A stretch of 64,000 nucleotides of DNA. Origin: Paecilomyces variotii (taxonomy: Eukaryota). The stretch lies in assembly GCA_004022145.1 (NCBI GenBank), contig RCNU01000018.1, one strand, 5' to 3'. The notes beneath the pieces are model-generated. The model had not been told where the DNA came from. It did no database searches and worked only from the letters and a program-made list of their open reading frames with translations. Shown here piece by piece: positions 1 to 12,900 of this stretch (the first letter of the stretch is position 1; each line of letters begins with the position of its first letter). The position numbers and the translations under genes were made by a program.

Positions 1-964
1 GCATTGGACGAATATGCGATGAAATAGAGCAAGCCTAACTGCAGTGCATGCGTAAGGGCCTTCTTGACTGCGTCCTTGCGAGACTTGCTAAGGTGCGCAG
101 CGAACAGGGCCTCGAGACGCTCATTGGCATTGAAGGCGTGCACCAGTGGCAGATGCGACAGACTGGACGATGCAATCGAAGTAGCTGCATTGACATGCTC
201 TGCCATTCGTCCGGCATATTTCTTCATGTAATGGCCACCCAGGAATGCCATCAGGAAATAGCAGGGCACGACTGACACGAGCATACCGGCAATAGCTGCA
301 ACCTTGATGAATGCAACGACATACGAGGCTGTGAAGTAAGAGAGGGTTGATATATAGATACCAACTTTCTCAGAAGTACCTGATTGGACTACCTCGATGT
401 CCGCGACAAGGCGCGAGACGACATCTCCTGGGGGCAGAGAATCGATAAAGGCCGCCTCTTGCTTTAGCACACTGTCGAAGTATCGCTTCCGCAGACGCCT
501 CACCAGGCGTTCTCCAACCAAGCTCCAGCATCCCGTGTGGAGGTAAATGAAGCCGAAATTTGCGATGGTGATGTAGATCACATACAACACCTTCGTGCGT
601 ACGCTGTCAGTCAAGGCAGACTTGTTGGCTGTCGTTGCATCGCATGTGGCCGAGTTCATGTCATTGACCAGCTGTCCGAACAGGATACCCAGCAAAGGGA
701 AAGGAATACCGGCTGCGATAGCAAAGATCAATCCGCCGATTACCAGGAAAATATCCAGAGGAGTCGGATCCGACGAAAAGAGCAAATGGAGATAAACGAA
801 GGTTTTCCGGAGGTCCTGCTTCGTTGGAATATATCTCAAAGGCGACCACCACTTAACCAGCTGTTAGAGCAGGTAATGCGCGACAGGAATAATATTGGAC
901 ATACCGGCTTTGGGCCACCTTGCACCCCATTGTTCTTCTCATCTTCTGGTGCTTGTTCTGACAT
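1..964 (-). CDS. ABCB/MDR-type ABC transporter, N-terminal part (Mdr4/siderophore-exporter-like); continues off the left edge
   Basis: ATG at 964 (MSEQAPEDEKNN..), intron 904-861 (GTATGT..CTAACAG). Exon 2 encodes TMD1 motifs IAAGIPFPLLGILFGQL and GERLVRRLRKRYFDSVLKQEAAFID..DIEVVQSGTSEKVG, typical of P-glycoprotein-like transporters. Not in the ORF track; translated by hand. Confidence 0.88.
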
Positions 965-1329
965 CTTGTCGGCCTGTTTCTCCAGGACTTACACGGCCAT
1001 CAACCCCTCTTTGCGTCTAGGATAGATGAACACCGCTACCAGCTACCTCTGTCAATCGCAGGGAAAGCGAGGGAGCCCGTTGAAGACGCGAAATCGGGTT
1101 CCTGCAGCTTGGTGAGGGGTCTAATTCTCAGAGTTCTTTGTCCCACGGGGTCCGTCGCGTTTTCCAAAGAACCACCAGGGGCGACTCCAAGTCTCTAAGA
1201 GCGCCAGTCGAACGCCAAGAGAGCTGCGCCTGGTTAACGTAATAATAGGGATAACGATCAATTCATCTTCTGCGACTGCCGGAGCAGACAAGAAGAGTCA
1301 GTGGATTTCTTTTTTCCTCGTGGCAAAAG

Positions 1330-2017
1330 ATCTGATAATCTCGCGAGACCGCCATCGGAGAGATCGTTCTCCGCCATGGACAACCCTCAGAGCTGCCAAG
1401 GGACAGTACGAGCAATTAGTCGACTCTAGTCTACTAGTGATGCGTCTGTGGAGCTGCTGCGTTGCCAGAAGAAAAGAAACCACAAGGAGCTGTCACCCCA
1501 CAGAGCTGTAGGCCAGATCTTTTCTTTTTTTTTTCTCCCCTTCCTTCGTTGCGGACACTGATTCCTGGCTAGTGGCTTGCATGGGCTCCATAGTGGTATC
1601 TCGGTATGTAACGAAAACACTACTTCGTCCTACTATTGAGGGAGCTGTCCAGAGACCGGCAACAGATCTTCAGCGTGACCTCTGTTAGAGCGGCATCAAA
1701 AGATGTGGAGTTATTAGTTTACCAAAGGGTGGCATCGCGCCCTCCACATCGGAGAAGATTCTTCAGACTCGGCCGCTAACAGGGCGTTAGACACGGTAGA
1801 GCGGCTCTAGAAAGTTATCCATCTCATCAGATAACTCTGTTCGCCTCTTTAGTGTCATTTAGTGTCTCCGCTTCGAGGTATGGTATTATCTGGCCCACTG
1901 CACGAAACGTCATGAGGTCTCTTGTTGGCATGCACCGGACGTATGTACCATACAATGTCTCGCACCGGTGATTCTTTCTGAGCTTCACGACGGAGTTAAG
2001 TAATTATTATCTGATAA
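1330..2017. promoter_or_regulatory. SreA-type GATA boxes in the divergent ABC/sidF promoter
   Basis: ATCTGATAA 1330-1338, ATCAGATAA 1826-1834 and palindromic TTATCTGATAA 2007-2017 match the SreA/Sre1 consensus ATCWGATAA. Confidence 0.75.
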
Positions 2018-2580
2018 TCTTTTACCGATGCTGATGCACCCAGACTCCGAACCTGTCGGTACTGCTGAGTAAGTTCATTAGCAGCAGTGGGCCTCCGATA
2101 CAACAGAAATAGTTACTGTACCTGATTCGGGCGAGAGAAACTCCCATCGCCTGTTCTCCGGATGCTCGCGAAAGTGTGAGCTGGCGCCAAGTGACGTGAT
2201 GATGGTGATGTCCCGCAAATGTGGGCATTATCAGCTTCGAGACTCGCAAGTCTAGCTTCGTCAGTGGTCGGGCTCTGCCGTCGTCTCGTTCTAGGAGTGT
2301 ACCATACATACCCTGTCACTTGAGTGGACTCGATTTTTCTGGATCGCCGTTGTGCCCAGACTTTCGGAAAACCGAGGTTAGAATCCATCTTTATCCATCA
2401 AAGGCCGCGGGAATGATCCAGTTCATAATCGCAATGCGGACCGGACAAAGTTCTTCCAGCTGGCGATGAGTTGTGCAACGGTGAACTCGTCCAACGTTTG
2501 AAGCTCCCGTCATCCGAGACGTTCAGTAGTTGAATGCTATTTCCTCTCATTTCCAATTGTTACATATGATTCAAGCTGCC

Positions 2581-4011
2581 ATGGCTTCCGCATCGTCTCC
2601 TCCGGTGGGATATCACCAGCAGGAGCTTCCTCTCGTTCGACTTCCGGAGCCGTTCAAGACTGCCTACGAGATCCAAGTTGCCTCGACAGACCAGACATGG
2701 AAGATATTTCGATTGGCGCTGAGCAGCTTTGATGACGGTGCAATTGCTCCTCCTGAACCTCTTCATCACCCGTCTCTCGTTTTCAGCGAGCTGTTGACGC
2801 CCGATCCATCGCAAACACCGCCCGAAGGCAACAACTCTCCATGGGCGCGCGCGAAGCGAAGCCCAGCATGCTACTTGACATGGGATGGGGAAGATACACC
2901 TTCCGTGGGACAGATTTGGAATGTCGTCTATGCGATTTTCTCGTTGCGACCAGACCCTGAGATCTTCCGCCTGGTCTTGTCGGGCGTTGGCAGAGAGCTT
3001 CTCTCGAAGGAATTGGAAGCAGTCGGCTTAGCGATCCAGCATCCTGATCCCTCTGCGCCGCCAAACCAGCCTATTCCGCAATCCAGCGATCATGTTGGGC
3101 AATTGGTGATCCTGCGCCGGACCTTCTGGCAAGGCGCTGGCTGGCCATTTGGTCCTCGTGCGCCGTGGGTTTCTGACCCAAGTATCTATTCTTCCTACCG
3201 TCGTCCACTCACTGCGTTCCCACTTCACCCTCTCGAATACACTCTGACGACCAAGTTTCCCGATGTGCGCGTGCACGCTCATCACCCTGTCAGACCTGTA
3301 AAGCCAACTCCGGGGTCGACGATATACAGCCGGTATATTCCTCATCTGAAGGAGTACTTTTCCATGGTAGCTCTCGATTACGAGAACGATGAGCACCTCC
3401 AACTGTTCCACAAGTGGCAGAATGACCCCCGAGTGTCGAAAGGATGGAACGAGACCGGCACTCTGGACCAACACAGAGAGTATCTGCGCAAAGCTCACGA
3501 GGATCCGCATCAATTGACCGTCCTGGCCAAATTTGATGACACATTTTTCGCATACTTTGAAATCTACTGGGCCAAGGTAGGCCGTTGACTCTCTTGCTCA
3601 TATTTCTATCCATACTTTCGAGTCCGGTAAGCTGATAACCACCTCAAGGAGGATCACCTAGGCGCATACTACGACGCAGGCGACTACGACCGCGGCCGAC
3701 ATTCCCTCGTGGGAGACGCCCGCTTCCGAGGACCGCACCGTGTGATGGCCTGGTGGTGCAGCCTGATGCACTACATCTTCCTCGACGAGCCGCGAACGAG
3801 CTTTGTTGTCGGAGAGCCCAAAGCCACAAATACCACCGTCCTCGCATACGATCACGCGCACGGGTTCAACATCGAGAAGCTCGTCGATCTCCCACATAAG
3901 CGATCTGCATTCGTCCGATGCAGTCGCGAGAAGTTCTTTCAAATTGCGCCTTTCGGCTTCAACGGCGCTGGGACCATCAAGGGAAACCCGGATCGCGCAT
4001 TGAAGCTTTGA
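2581..4011 (+). CDS. sidF: N5-hydroxyornithine acyltransferase, SidF-type (IucB/AlcB GNAT domain)
   Basis: Exons 2581-3576 and 3649-4011 (intron GTAGGC..AAG, frame preserved). Motifs [66 protein letters not shown]. Ends in LKL (PTS1-like). The N-terminal half resembles SidF more than SidL. Confidence 0.85.
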
Positions 4012-5396
4012 AATGCTGTCATACATACTTTCTTAGCGTGGGCGGTTACTTAAATTGTTTTGTACTCTAGTGAAACGACCTCTTTTCAATTATTAGACTA
4101 GCTTTTTTCTTTTCTACCCGTAATTGTATTGTGGCTGCTTGGCTATGTAGTAGTTAGCCGCTGTTTCCATGTCTCACTTTTTTTTTTTTCTGTCAAAAAT
4201 TTTCCTCCTTCTCTTGGCGCACATAATAATTGATATCGAATCGTTATCACCATGTGGGGGACCACAAACTTAGATCCCTGCATACTTAGTACAGTACATA
4301 CAGACATTAGTATGTACGATGAGCGGGGTACGAGCTCGGTTCACTGAATACGGAGTAGATAGTCCCAAGTTCCTTGGGCTGGGGATGCTCCCCAGCAGCA
4401 GCAGCCCATGCTGGTTTAGCTTGGGAAGAGACTTGGCTTAATATACGGACCACTCTATACTACTACATGACATATAGTACATACTATACCCGCCTAGGTC
4501 CGTGCTCTCCGCGTAAGAATAATACGGCATCGCTTCATTCTCCTGCAAATGCCAAGTAATTCACTACGTACCTATACACTACTATGTAGTACGGAGTAAG
4601 TACATGATACTCTTAGATCCTTGGCTTCTTTTCCCATTAGTACAGTAGACCCCGCTTGAATCAAAGCCACGTCGTCAGCCTAGACAAAGAACGCGAAAGG
4701 AGAAAGCCTAAGCGCGTCAGGAACTTCCGAAAATACATGCCGTACTACTACGTACGCTGTGATAATTAATATTAATTTCAATGGAAATATGTAGACTCCT
4801 GGCGGTACCTCTGGAGACGGATCGGCGCCATGTCGGCGAGACTAAAGTACAGTACTAAGTACCTGAATAATCACTAGTTACCGGAGTAAGTAAAATATAG
4901 AGTGATAATAAGTTAATGCTACCCCGGGTGATGGTAGGACGAAAATGGAAAACGAAAGTGTAATATTTTTCCTCCATATTATTATTATTTCCCTGGACTG
5001 GAGATTACGGACATAAAGAAGAAAAAAAATCACCTCCGAACTAGATAATAATAACGATCTAGGGCCCAATAAACCGACCCACGGACGGCAACGAGCCCGG
5101 GGAATGATGATGGCAATAGCCGGATCCAAGACCCCGGAAGTTGATGAAACCGAGACAAAAAGTGCAAAAAGGAAAGAAACTCGAAACAATCTATCGTCTT
5201 CTAGGCCCGGTATACACCTTCACGGTGGCGGGACCACCGAGCTTTTCTTTACGTGTTCGATTGAGTGACTGCTCCCGTTCAGGATGCCTATTGGAGAGGA
5301 GAGGAATTTTAGTTCAAGTAAGAGAAACATGGTGACATCTGACTAGAAAAAGCCAAGGCTGAGACAAAAAGAAAACAACGACAGAAAAGGGGGACC

Positions 5397-5466
5397 ATCT
5401 GATAATCTCGGCGACTCGGACCCTAGATTGATAATCTAATCTGATGGGAACATGATGATCTGATAA
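5397..5466. promoter_or_regulatory. Cluster of SreA-type boxes in the convergent sidF-sidI spacer
   Basis: ATCTGATAA at 5397-5405 and 5458-5466, TGATAA at 5429-5434, ATCTAATCTGAT at 5434-5445. Confidence 0.6.
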
Positions 5467-5738
5467 ATTTCCGCCACCATTTGCCAAGCCGGACGCTGAG
5501 ATATCTCGGAATCAAGATGCCATGCGCATACGTGACACTACATGACCACGGCTTATACTGATCGTTGAGATTTACTGACTGTATGATCCTGATCGTATCA
5601 AGGGGGAAGAAATGAATACTTGGCTATCTAACTTTTAAACCCGCTAATTACCTAAGTGACTATATACAACGTTGTAGATATTTCCAAAGTCAGCATCAAG
5701 TATGAACAAAAATACAAAAACATCACTTCTAGAGCATT

Positions 5739-7806
5739 CTACGCCTGAACAGATCCCGTATTCGTCTTCCTCCTCTCCAACACTTCCGCCGCCATTTTTC
5801 TGAGATCCACTTTCCTCACCTTCCCGCTCCCTGTGACAGGGACCGTGGCTGGAACGCCCTCTTCGCCGAAAACGAAGAAATACCGAGGCGCTTTATGCCG
5901 ACCTAGCTTCTCCCGGGTCCAATCTCGGAGGTCCTCATCCGATGGCCGCTTGTTCTGATATTCTGGTTCGATCTGGATGAAGGCGCCGACAACCTCACCA
6001 TATTTGGGATCAGGGATCCCGATCACGGACGACAGAGTAATTGCCGGGTGTGCTGTGAGACGCTCCTCGATTTCAAGGGGGTAGATGTTCTCCCCACCTG
6101 GTTCAGGCATTAGCTTTATTTCACGGATGCATATTGCTCATGTAGAGATGCAACCTACCTCGGATGATGATGTCCTTAAACCGGCCCGTAATCGTACAGT
6201 ATCCCTGTTCATTAAAGGATGCTTCGTCACCAGTCTTTAACCATGTAATACCGTCAGAATCAGTTATCATGGTCTCTGCGGTTTTTGCTGGGTTGTTCCA
6301 ATATCCCTTGGTGATCTGGTAGCCAGCCATGCAGAGCTCTCCCCGCTGCCCAATTGGCACGGTGTTGCCAGCGGCATCGATGATCTTGGCACTGGCGTGC
6401 GGCATAACCTTGCCAACTGTTGTAAGACGCGTGTGGATAGTGTCTGTGGTGAATGCGTTGAAACACGTCGGCGATGCTTCCGTCAGGCCTTTGTAGGATG
6501 CTATTAGCATTTTTTTTTTCACGCAGGTACTTGGCCAGAGACATACCGTAACTACTCGTAAACTCAGTCATGTTTAACTCCTCAAGCAACCGCTTCATCA
6601 GTGGCCTAGGCACCGGTGCTCCGGCGATGATACCTGTCCTCAGACTCGTGCTATCAAACTTCTCCGGTCGTGGCAGGGCCAGAATAGCTTCGAACATCGT
6701 CGGGACGCCATGAAGAGCCGTGCATCTTTCGTCCGAAATCGCGTGAAGGACGGCCTTTGGGTCGAATGTCTCACCCGGATACACGATCTTTGCGCCATGC
6801 GTCACGACAGCCAAAAGTCCCAGAACGAGACCAAAGCAATGAAACAGTGGCGGTGGACAGCATAGAATATCGAAAGCTGTAAAGTTCATTCGATCACCGA
6901 TGAACCGTGAGTTATTGACCAGGTTACTAGACACACATTAGTTAGTAGCTTGTTTTCTTTCTTAACGATCTGAATATTCAGTAAAAGTGAAGGGGGGGCA
7001 GCATACTGATGCGTCAACATAGCTGCTTTCGGATTCCCAGTTGAACCACTGGTGAATTGCAAATTGCAGACGTCATGCGGACTCAATTGCTCTTCTCGAT
7101 TCAAGAGCGCTTCTGGCGTCAACCCAGATCCCCTCTCGATGACATCGGCATAGGTTCCGAAATCCTTATATTTTCCCCGAACAATAACAATTTCCTCAAG
7201 GGACTTTGACGTCCCATTCTTCTGAGGACGAGGGCCCAATTTCTCCAACACTTCAACCAGAGAATGGCGTCCAATGGTGGGGCTCATAAACAGGAACTTG
7301 ATATCTAAAATGCCCCCTCATTAGAACAATTTCCTCGCGAAAAAAAAAAAACCCAGTTAATTGATTAAATCTCACTCACCCGCATGATCCAAGGCATAAT
7401 ACACCTCTGAAGGCGTATACGTATTATTCAAAACCACCAATATCGCTCCAACTTTCGCGGCCGCAAAGAAAACCGAAACATATTGCTCGCAATTGCCGGC
7501 CATGATACCGACGCGATCGCCCTTCTGGATCCCCACCGCCAACAGTCCCTGCGCGAGACGATAACTCTCCTTTTCGAGATCGCCATATGTCCATCTCGTT
7601 CCTGTCCATGGTACAACGAGACATTCAGAATTCTGATGCTGTAGACTCTGCAGCGTGAGGAGCTCTCCGAGTGTGATATCCAGCAATTCCGGCTGTCGCG
7701 GCCCATGCACGATGGAGAGCTGTTGGGTCTTGGAGGTCGCGCTCTCTTGCACATGAAGAAGCGTCTGTTGCAGTCGTTGAAGACTGGTATTTCGTATTGT
7801 CGACAT
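5739..7806 (-). CDS. sidI: Acyl-CoA (mevalonyl-CoA) ligase, SidI-type, 5 exons
   Basis: ANL motifs QFTSGSTGNPK, PPPLFHCFG, YGLTE (across an intron), TGD, GRFKDIIIRGGENIYP, SGKVRK. N-terminal PTS2-like RLQQTLLHV. Four GT-AG introns join the track ORFs. Divergent from the NRPS. Confidence 0.88.
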
Positions 7807-8438
7807 TTTTTTTTTCTTCTCTTATTTTTTCTCTTATTCAGAAGGGGTATAATCTGTCCTGCGACGTTCGAGAATATCTCTCCAGAAGAGCGAACTTTAA
7901 GGACTAATTAACTATCGACAGAAGTTTAATGCTCCTCGGACAAAGAACCGACAATAATGGAGCAAGCTCGGCAGATCCTTCATATGATAAGTTATGATCA
8001 GAATAGATAAAGCCTAAGTATGCCCGATCTAATCAATCGATCTTCGGTATTTGCTACTTGATCAGGGATACGTTATCCGAGACAGTGGGAAGCCCTGGTC
8101 CCAGTGTCGCGCAGAACACACCAGTCTATTCACGATTCTAGGCGCAAATTGTACGGCATCGTACCAAAGTCAAGGGAAGAATTCTGCACGTATCTACTCC
8201 GTACAGGTAATAATAATAATAATAATGATCGGCCGTTTACGGAGCTGAGTGGATCAAAGACATGGCCTACATCGGCCTGAGCCGCCATTGGCGTTTGGGA
8301 CATGTCAACTTTTTTTTTCTTCGAGTTTTCGTCCATAACTAATGTTTCTTTCTTTTTAGTTCCCGCATGTCTGGCATGGTCCCTTGTTCCTACAGTATGT
8401 ATTATGACTCATGCGTGGAAAAAACGGGGGAGCAGAAG

Positions 8439-8467
8439 TAATAATAATAATAATAATAATAATAATA
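8439..8467. repeat. (TAA)n microsatellite (second shorter run at ~8207-8226)
   Basis: Directly visible. Confidence 0.8.
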
Positions 8468-9050
8468 CATCGAGATGAAAGGATCTTACCAAAACATCGC
8501 ATGATTCAGCTCTCCATAGTTATCTACTGGCTTTCGGCATGGTTATCCATCAACTACTGTACTAAAAATGCCAAGTCCGCTTCTCACTACTTGCGTCAGC
8601 TGGTTCCAGGAGCGTACAACGTGGAGTAGAGTCGTACTCGAGTAGAGTATCTACATAGTTAGTCTCTGCGTGGCCCCCATCTTTCCCGGCATTGGTCTTG
8701 ACAGGTTTCTGGCATTCGGTAGTGTGGACCTGGTTGGGCTGTACGAGAAAAGAAAAAGAAACCTTGGAGAGATTCCCGGAAAACGAAGTTACCGCGCTGT
8801 TAATTTTTCTTTTTTTCTTCTACCATAATAATGGTGGTCCACTACTGTAACTGTATTATTACTGAGCAGCAATTTGATGCAATGTAATTACTATCGAATG
8901 ATAACCTCCGAGAGAATTATTTTTTTATTTTTTTTTTTTTTTTTCTCATGAAGACCCTGTGGCAGAGTCGATACGATAAGTGGAGAGATAAAATACCACG
9001 ACGCTACAGTGGGACTTTACGTCTTAGTTTACCAGGGCCGAAAGCGAATA

Positions 9051-9811
9051 ATCTAATCAGATCGGACATCTAATCAGATTGGGCACAGTGGCTGATTTTA
9101 GTGCTGTCGATCTCATTAAAGCAGCGTGAAATCCGCGTTGCTCTTCCATTCCACCGCAGGAAAAAAACAAAAGCCCACCAGAAGGACTGGTACAGTAGTA
9201 CAGTACGTACATACATACATACTTAACCACGCTGCCGAAATACATAACGATGGTAATACAGGCTCACTACTAAGTACGCCATGTAATATTGTTAATTGGT
9301 TACAGCTCCGAGTCTGCTCTCCGTCCGTAAACTGCCGGACGAAAGTTTCCATTAGTCTAACTTACATCCCACACACAATCCTTAGCATGATCGGTTTCAA
9401 CCGCCGATACTTCCTTATGCCAAGCAGCTGGTCCCATTGGCTTGTCCTCCATCAAACTTGGAGAGGATGGGTTCCATTATTCCATGTGCGATCGTCCGCC
9501 GATTCGAGCGTTCTACGGGACCGCGCTAAAGACAATCTCGCACCGATGCCACGGGGACGATGGGGGGCCACTCGTCACTTGGGCAAGGGTCTGGACAGGG
9601 AATGATGGTGAAATCATACACACTCGCCGACCTGGTGCCTGACCAACATACATTTCTTTTTTCCGCACCGGCTCAAAGTACAGTAGTATGGTACATGGCG
9701 GCGGCGATTTTGACAAGGGGACTCGGCACCGATGCTAAAGCAGTGGACCTTGCTTTAGCACCATCAAGCTCCGATAAAGGTGTGCCAAGCTTAGGAAGAT
9801 TATTATCAGAT
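9051..9811. promoter_or_regulatory. GATA-factor boxes in the sidI/sidC divergent promoter
   Basis: TTATCAGAT at 9803-9811 (= ATCTGATAA on the minus strand). Tandem ATCTAATCAGAT at 9051-9062 and 9068-9079. Confidence 0.6.
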
Positions 9812-9963
9812 CAAAAGAAGAATGTCGTACGCATAGACACAAGTGCTGTACACTTTCTCGGACACGAGGGCTCTCAGTCGCAGGGTTATGTTTAACTAAC
9901 CTCGCAATCCATTCTTTTTCCATAGAGGTCCTAGGACGCATATCGAAATCCAATCCTTTTCCA

Positions 9964-12900
9964 ATGGGAGGTAATACCTTGTCCCGTGAGGGGCAGCAAG
10001 CTCCCGCCCAACAGCACGATCAACCCTCAGTACCTCTGCAGAACGGTCACGATGGAAATGTTGCCGGAGATGCCAACATTCTGCCTACGACGAAGGTACC
10101 TGCTCTGGATACTATCGACCAGTATGCTCTCGAGACCCCTCTTTCCCGTCACTCTTCCCGGGTGAGCAGCTCCACGCGTCTGTCATATACCGCAGACATT
10201 TCCAGCATTGCGGACGACGTCGTAAAAGGCTATGCGTCCTTTATATCCGAGTTTACTGGTCTCGATGACCTTGCCTTCTCGATCACAAGTACCGACAGTC
10301 CCTGGCAAACCGGTGCCAGGTGCGGGGTAATCTGCGCGTCTTTTTCAAGACCAGATTCTGAAGAAGCTGGTTCTTCAGACTCTCAGCTCCCGGAAAAGCT
10401 CCAGGAGCTCGAATTTGCCTCCTATAATGAAGATGAGATCCAATTTGCTTTGCTCTTAGCGTCTGGCGTTCGACCTGAGAATGGCGAGCAGCAAGCGGAC
10501 ACTGGTTCTAAAGATGTTAGTCAAGTTGCATAAGATGCATTGAGCCCACTTGAGCTAACAAGGTGTAGACATTCGTTTTGGCAGTTCAGCCGGAGGAGAC
10601 AAAGAACGAGTTGCAAATTTCTATCTCATGCTCCGGACGATTGATTCCCGAAGGCTCACTCAACCAGATATTGAAGACGGTCAGCTCTTGCCTAGTGAGG
10701 GCATCCAGTCACCTCCAGCTGCTAGCTTCTGAAGATGAAAGCGCTTCTCCGGAGCTCTCGATTATCAACTACCCTCCTCTCATGAAACCCCCACCATTGG
10801 AACACGAACGTGATGAGCCCATTCCGGACTCTTCTCTGCTTCATGGGGCCTTCGAGCGCTGGGCTCGCAGGGATCCTGGAGCCGTGGCTCTAGATTTCAT
10901 ACAATCACTTCCATCATCTACATCCCCAGCGGAACATAGCGTTCTCACATATGCCGCCCTAAACGCTGCCGCGACGAACTTGGCAGTTCATCTCCGCGGG
11001 TTACTGTCACGCCATGACTCAGTGGCGAACTGGCACCGCATTATTCCTGTATACATGTCGACTTCACCTGAACTGTATATTTCATATCTCGGCATCCTGA
11101 AAGCTGGCTATGCTTTCTCGCCAATTCCGCAAGATGCACCGGATCAGCGAGTGCGGGAGATATTGGGAGACATTGGCTCCCCTGTGATCTTAGGCAGGAC
11201 TCCTGAGCCTTCCTCGGGCCCATGGTATGAAAATTTGGGACATTGCAACAACGGATCAAGGCCAGCTTGGATTGATGTGGCAGAGATCACAAGATGGAAA
11301 GAGCTGAGCCAAATGTCTCTGACGGAGCTGCAAGCAAGAAGTCCTACCGATCTCCCCCGATCCTCTGAATTTGGAGAAGACAGCGTTGCCTACCTCCTTT
11401 TCACGAGTGGTTCGACCGGTAAACCTAAGGGAGTGCAAGTTAGCCATCTCTCAGCAACCTGTTCTATCAACGCTCATGCGACCTCTATTCCTCTCCCTCG
11501 AGACCCAAATGGGAGATTCCGCTGGTTTCAATTTGCCTCTCCGACATTCGACCCATCCCTGATGGAGATATTTGTGACTCTCAGTTCGGGTGCTGCTCTC
11601 TGTTCAGCATATCGACATCTCACTTTGACCGACCTCGAAACTACCGTAAATGAAGCTAGGGCCACAGTGATGATGGCCACGCCAAGTTTGGCAGCGCTGC
11701 TGCGGCCCTCACGCCTTCAGACGCTCGAATACCTTTGGACTATGGGAGAGAAACTCAATCGCACTGTTATTGAGAATTTCGCTTCCAAGGGGCTTCCTTC
11801 TGATGTAACAGATGAAAAGCGACCCTCGCGAATGCTCGTTAACGCGTATGGTCCAACAGAAGGTGCTATTAACTGTACCTTCCTAGCTCCAGTTGAACGT
11901 TCAGTGCGTGGATCGATCATCGGTGAAGCCTTGTCCACTTGTACAATGCTCGTATTAGATCCCTATTCTCGAGTGCCAAAGGCTGTCCCTGCGGGTATGG
12001 CCGGTGAACTAGCTATTGCAGGCCCTCAGGTCAGCAAGGGGTACTTGAACCGTCCGAAGGAGACGGCCAAGTCATTCGTGCATAGTTCAGAATTTGGCCC
12101 GGTCTACCGAACTGGAGATATGGCCCGTATCGTCTGGGATGAGAAGGGTCGTCAGTTATTCGAGTTCCTCGGCCGTATTAGCTCCGATCAAGTCAAGATC
12201 AGTGGTCGAAGACTAGAGTTGGGAGAGATAGAGTCTGTTCTCGCGACTGTCAACAATGTTAAGGAAGTTGTAGCTGTGCTCTTGCAGAGAGATCCAGCGC
12301 AGCAAGGAAGCGAGCAAATTGTCGCTTGTATTGTCCCAAGTGAGGAGACTGAGGCTGTCAAAGACCAAATTCTCAAGGACGCTCACGAAAGTACCCATAG
12401 GCATCTGGCCTCGTACATGTGCCCGTCGTCTTATGCTTTCTACGACGCCCTACCTCGTTCAAGCTCTGGAAAGGTGGATAGAAAGACTCTCTTGGCGAGG
12501 TTACAGCAAGCCCTGAAAGACGGAGTCAAGTTCGCAGCTGGATCTGAGACCCCAGCTACAAACGAAGTGCATAATGAAGATGAGCCCGATGACTCCCAAG
12601 TCGATGATCTGGCATTGCAGCAGCTTGTCTTCCAGTCTCTCGCTGACACTGCAAATGAACCCCTGACCGCTATCCAATCTTCAGTCAGTCTTTATTCTCT
12701 CGGCATAGACAGTTTAGGAGCGATGCGGTTCCTCCAGAGGCTGAGGGATAATGGCATTGACGGCTTGTCAGTCAGTGATGTGCTTCGCGCAGGAACCCCC
12801 GGAAGGCTGGTCTCCACGATCTTTCAACAACGTCAGAAGAGCTCCAGTCAGCTGCCCAATGGTTCCCAGTCAGCTGAGTTCCGCGTAGTGTCTCTTCAAG

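Noticed and set aside
2530..2580. N-terminal extension of SidF suggested by the ORF track
   Set aside because: Starts at TTG; the ATG at 2581 has good context (GCCATGG). An in-frame ATG at 2566 cannot be excluded.
4260..4900. TA-rich spacer with repeated CGGAGTA/GTAC motifs as a RIP-decayed transposon
   Set aside because: No TIR, TSD or coding remnant seen; such motifs are common in Eurotiales intergenic DNA.
9126..9895. ORFs upstream of sidC (159 aa and 111 aa)
   Set aside because: No domain features; they lie in promoter/leader sequence that contains a probable 5'-UTR intron acceptor (CTAAC..CATAG, ~9896-9925).
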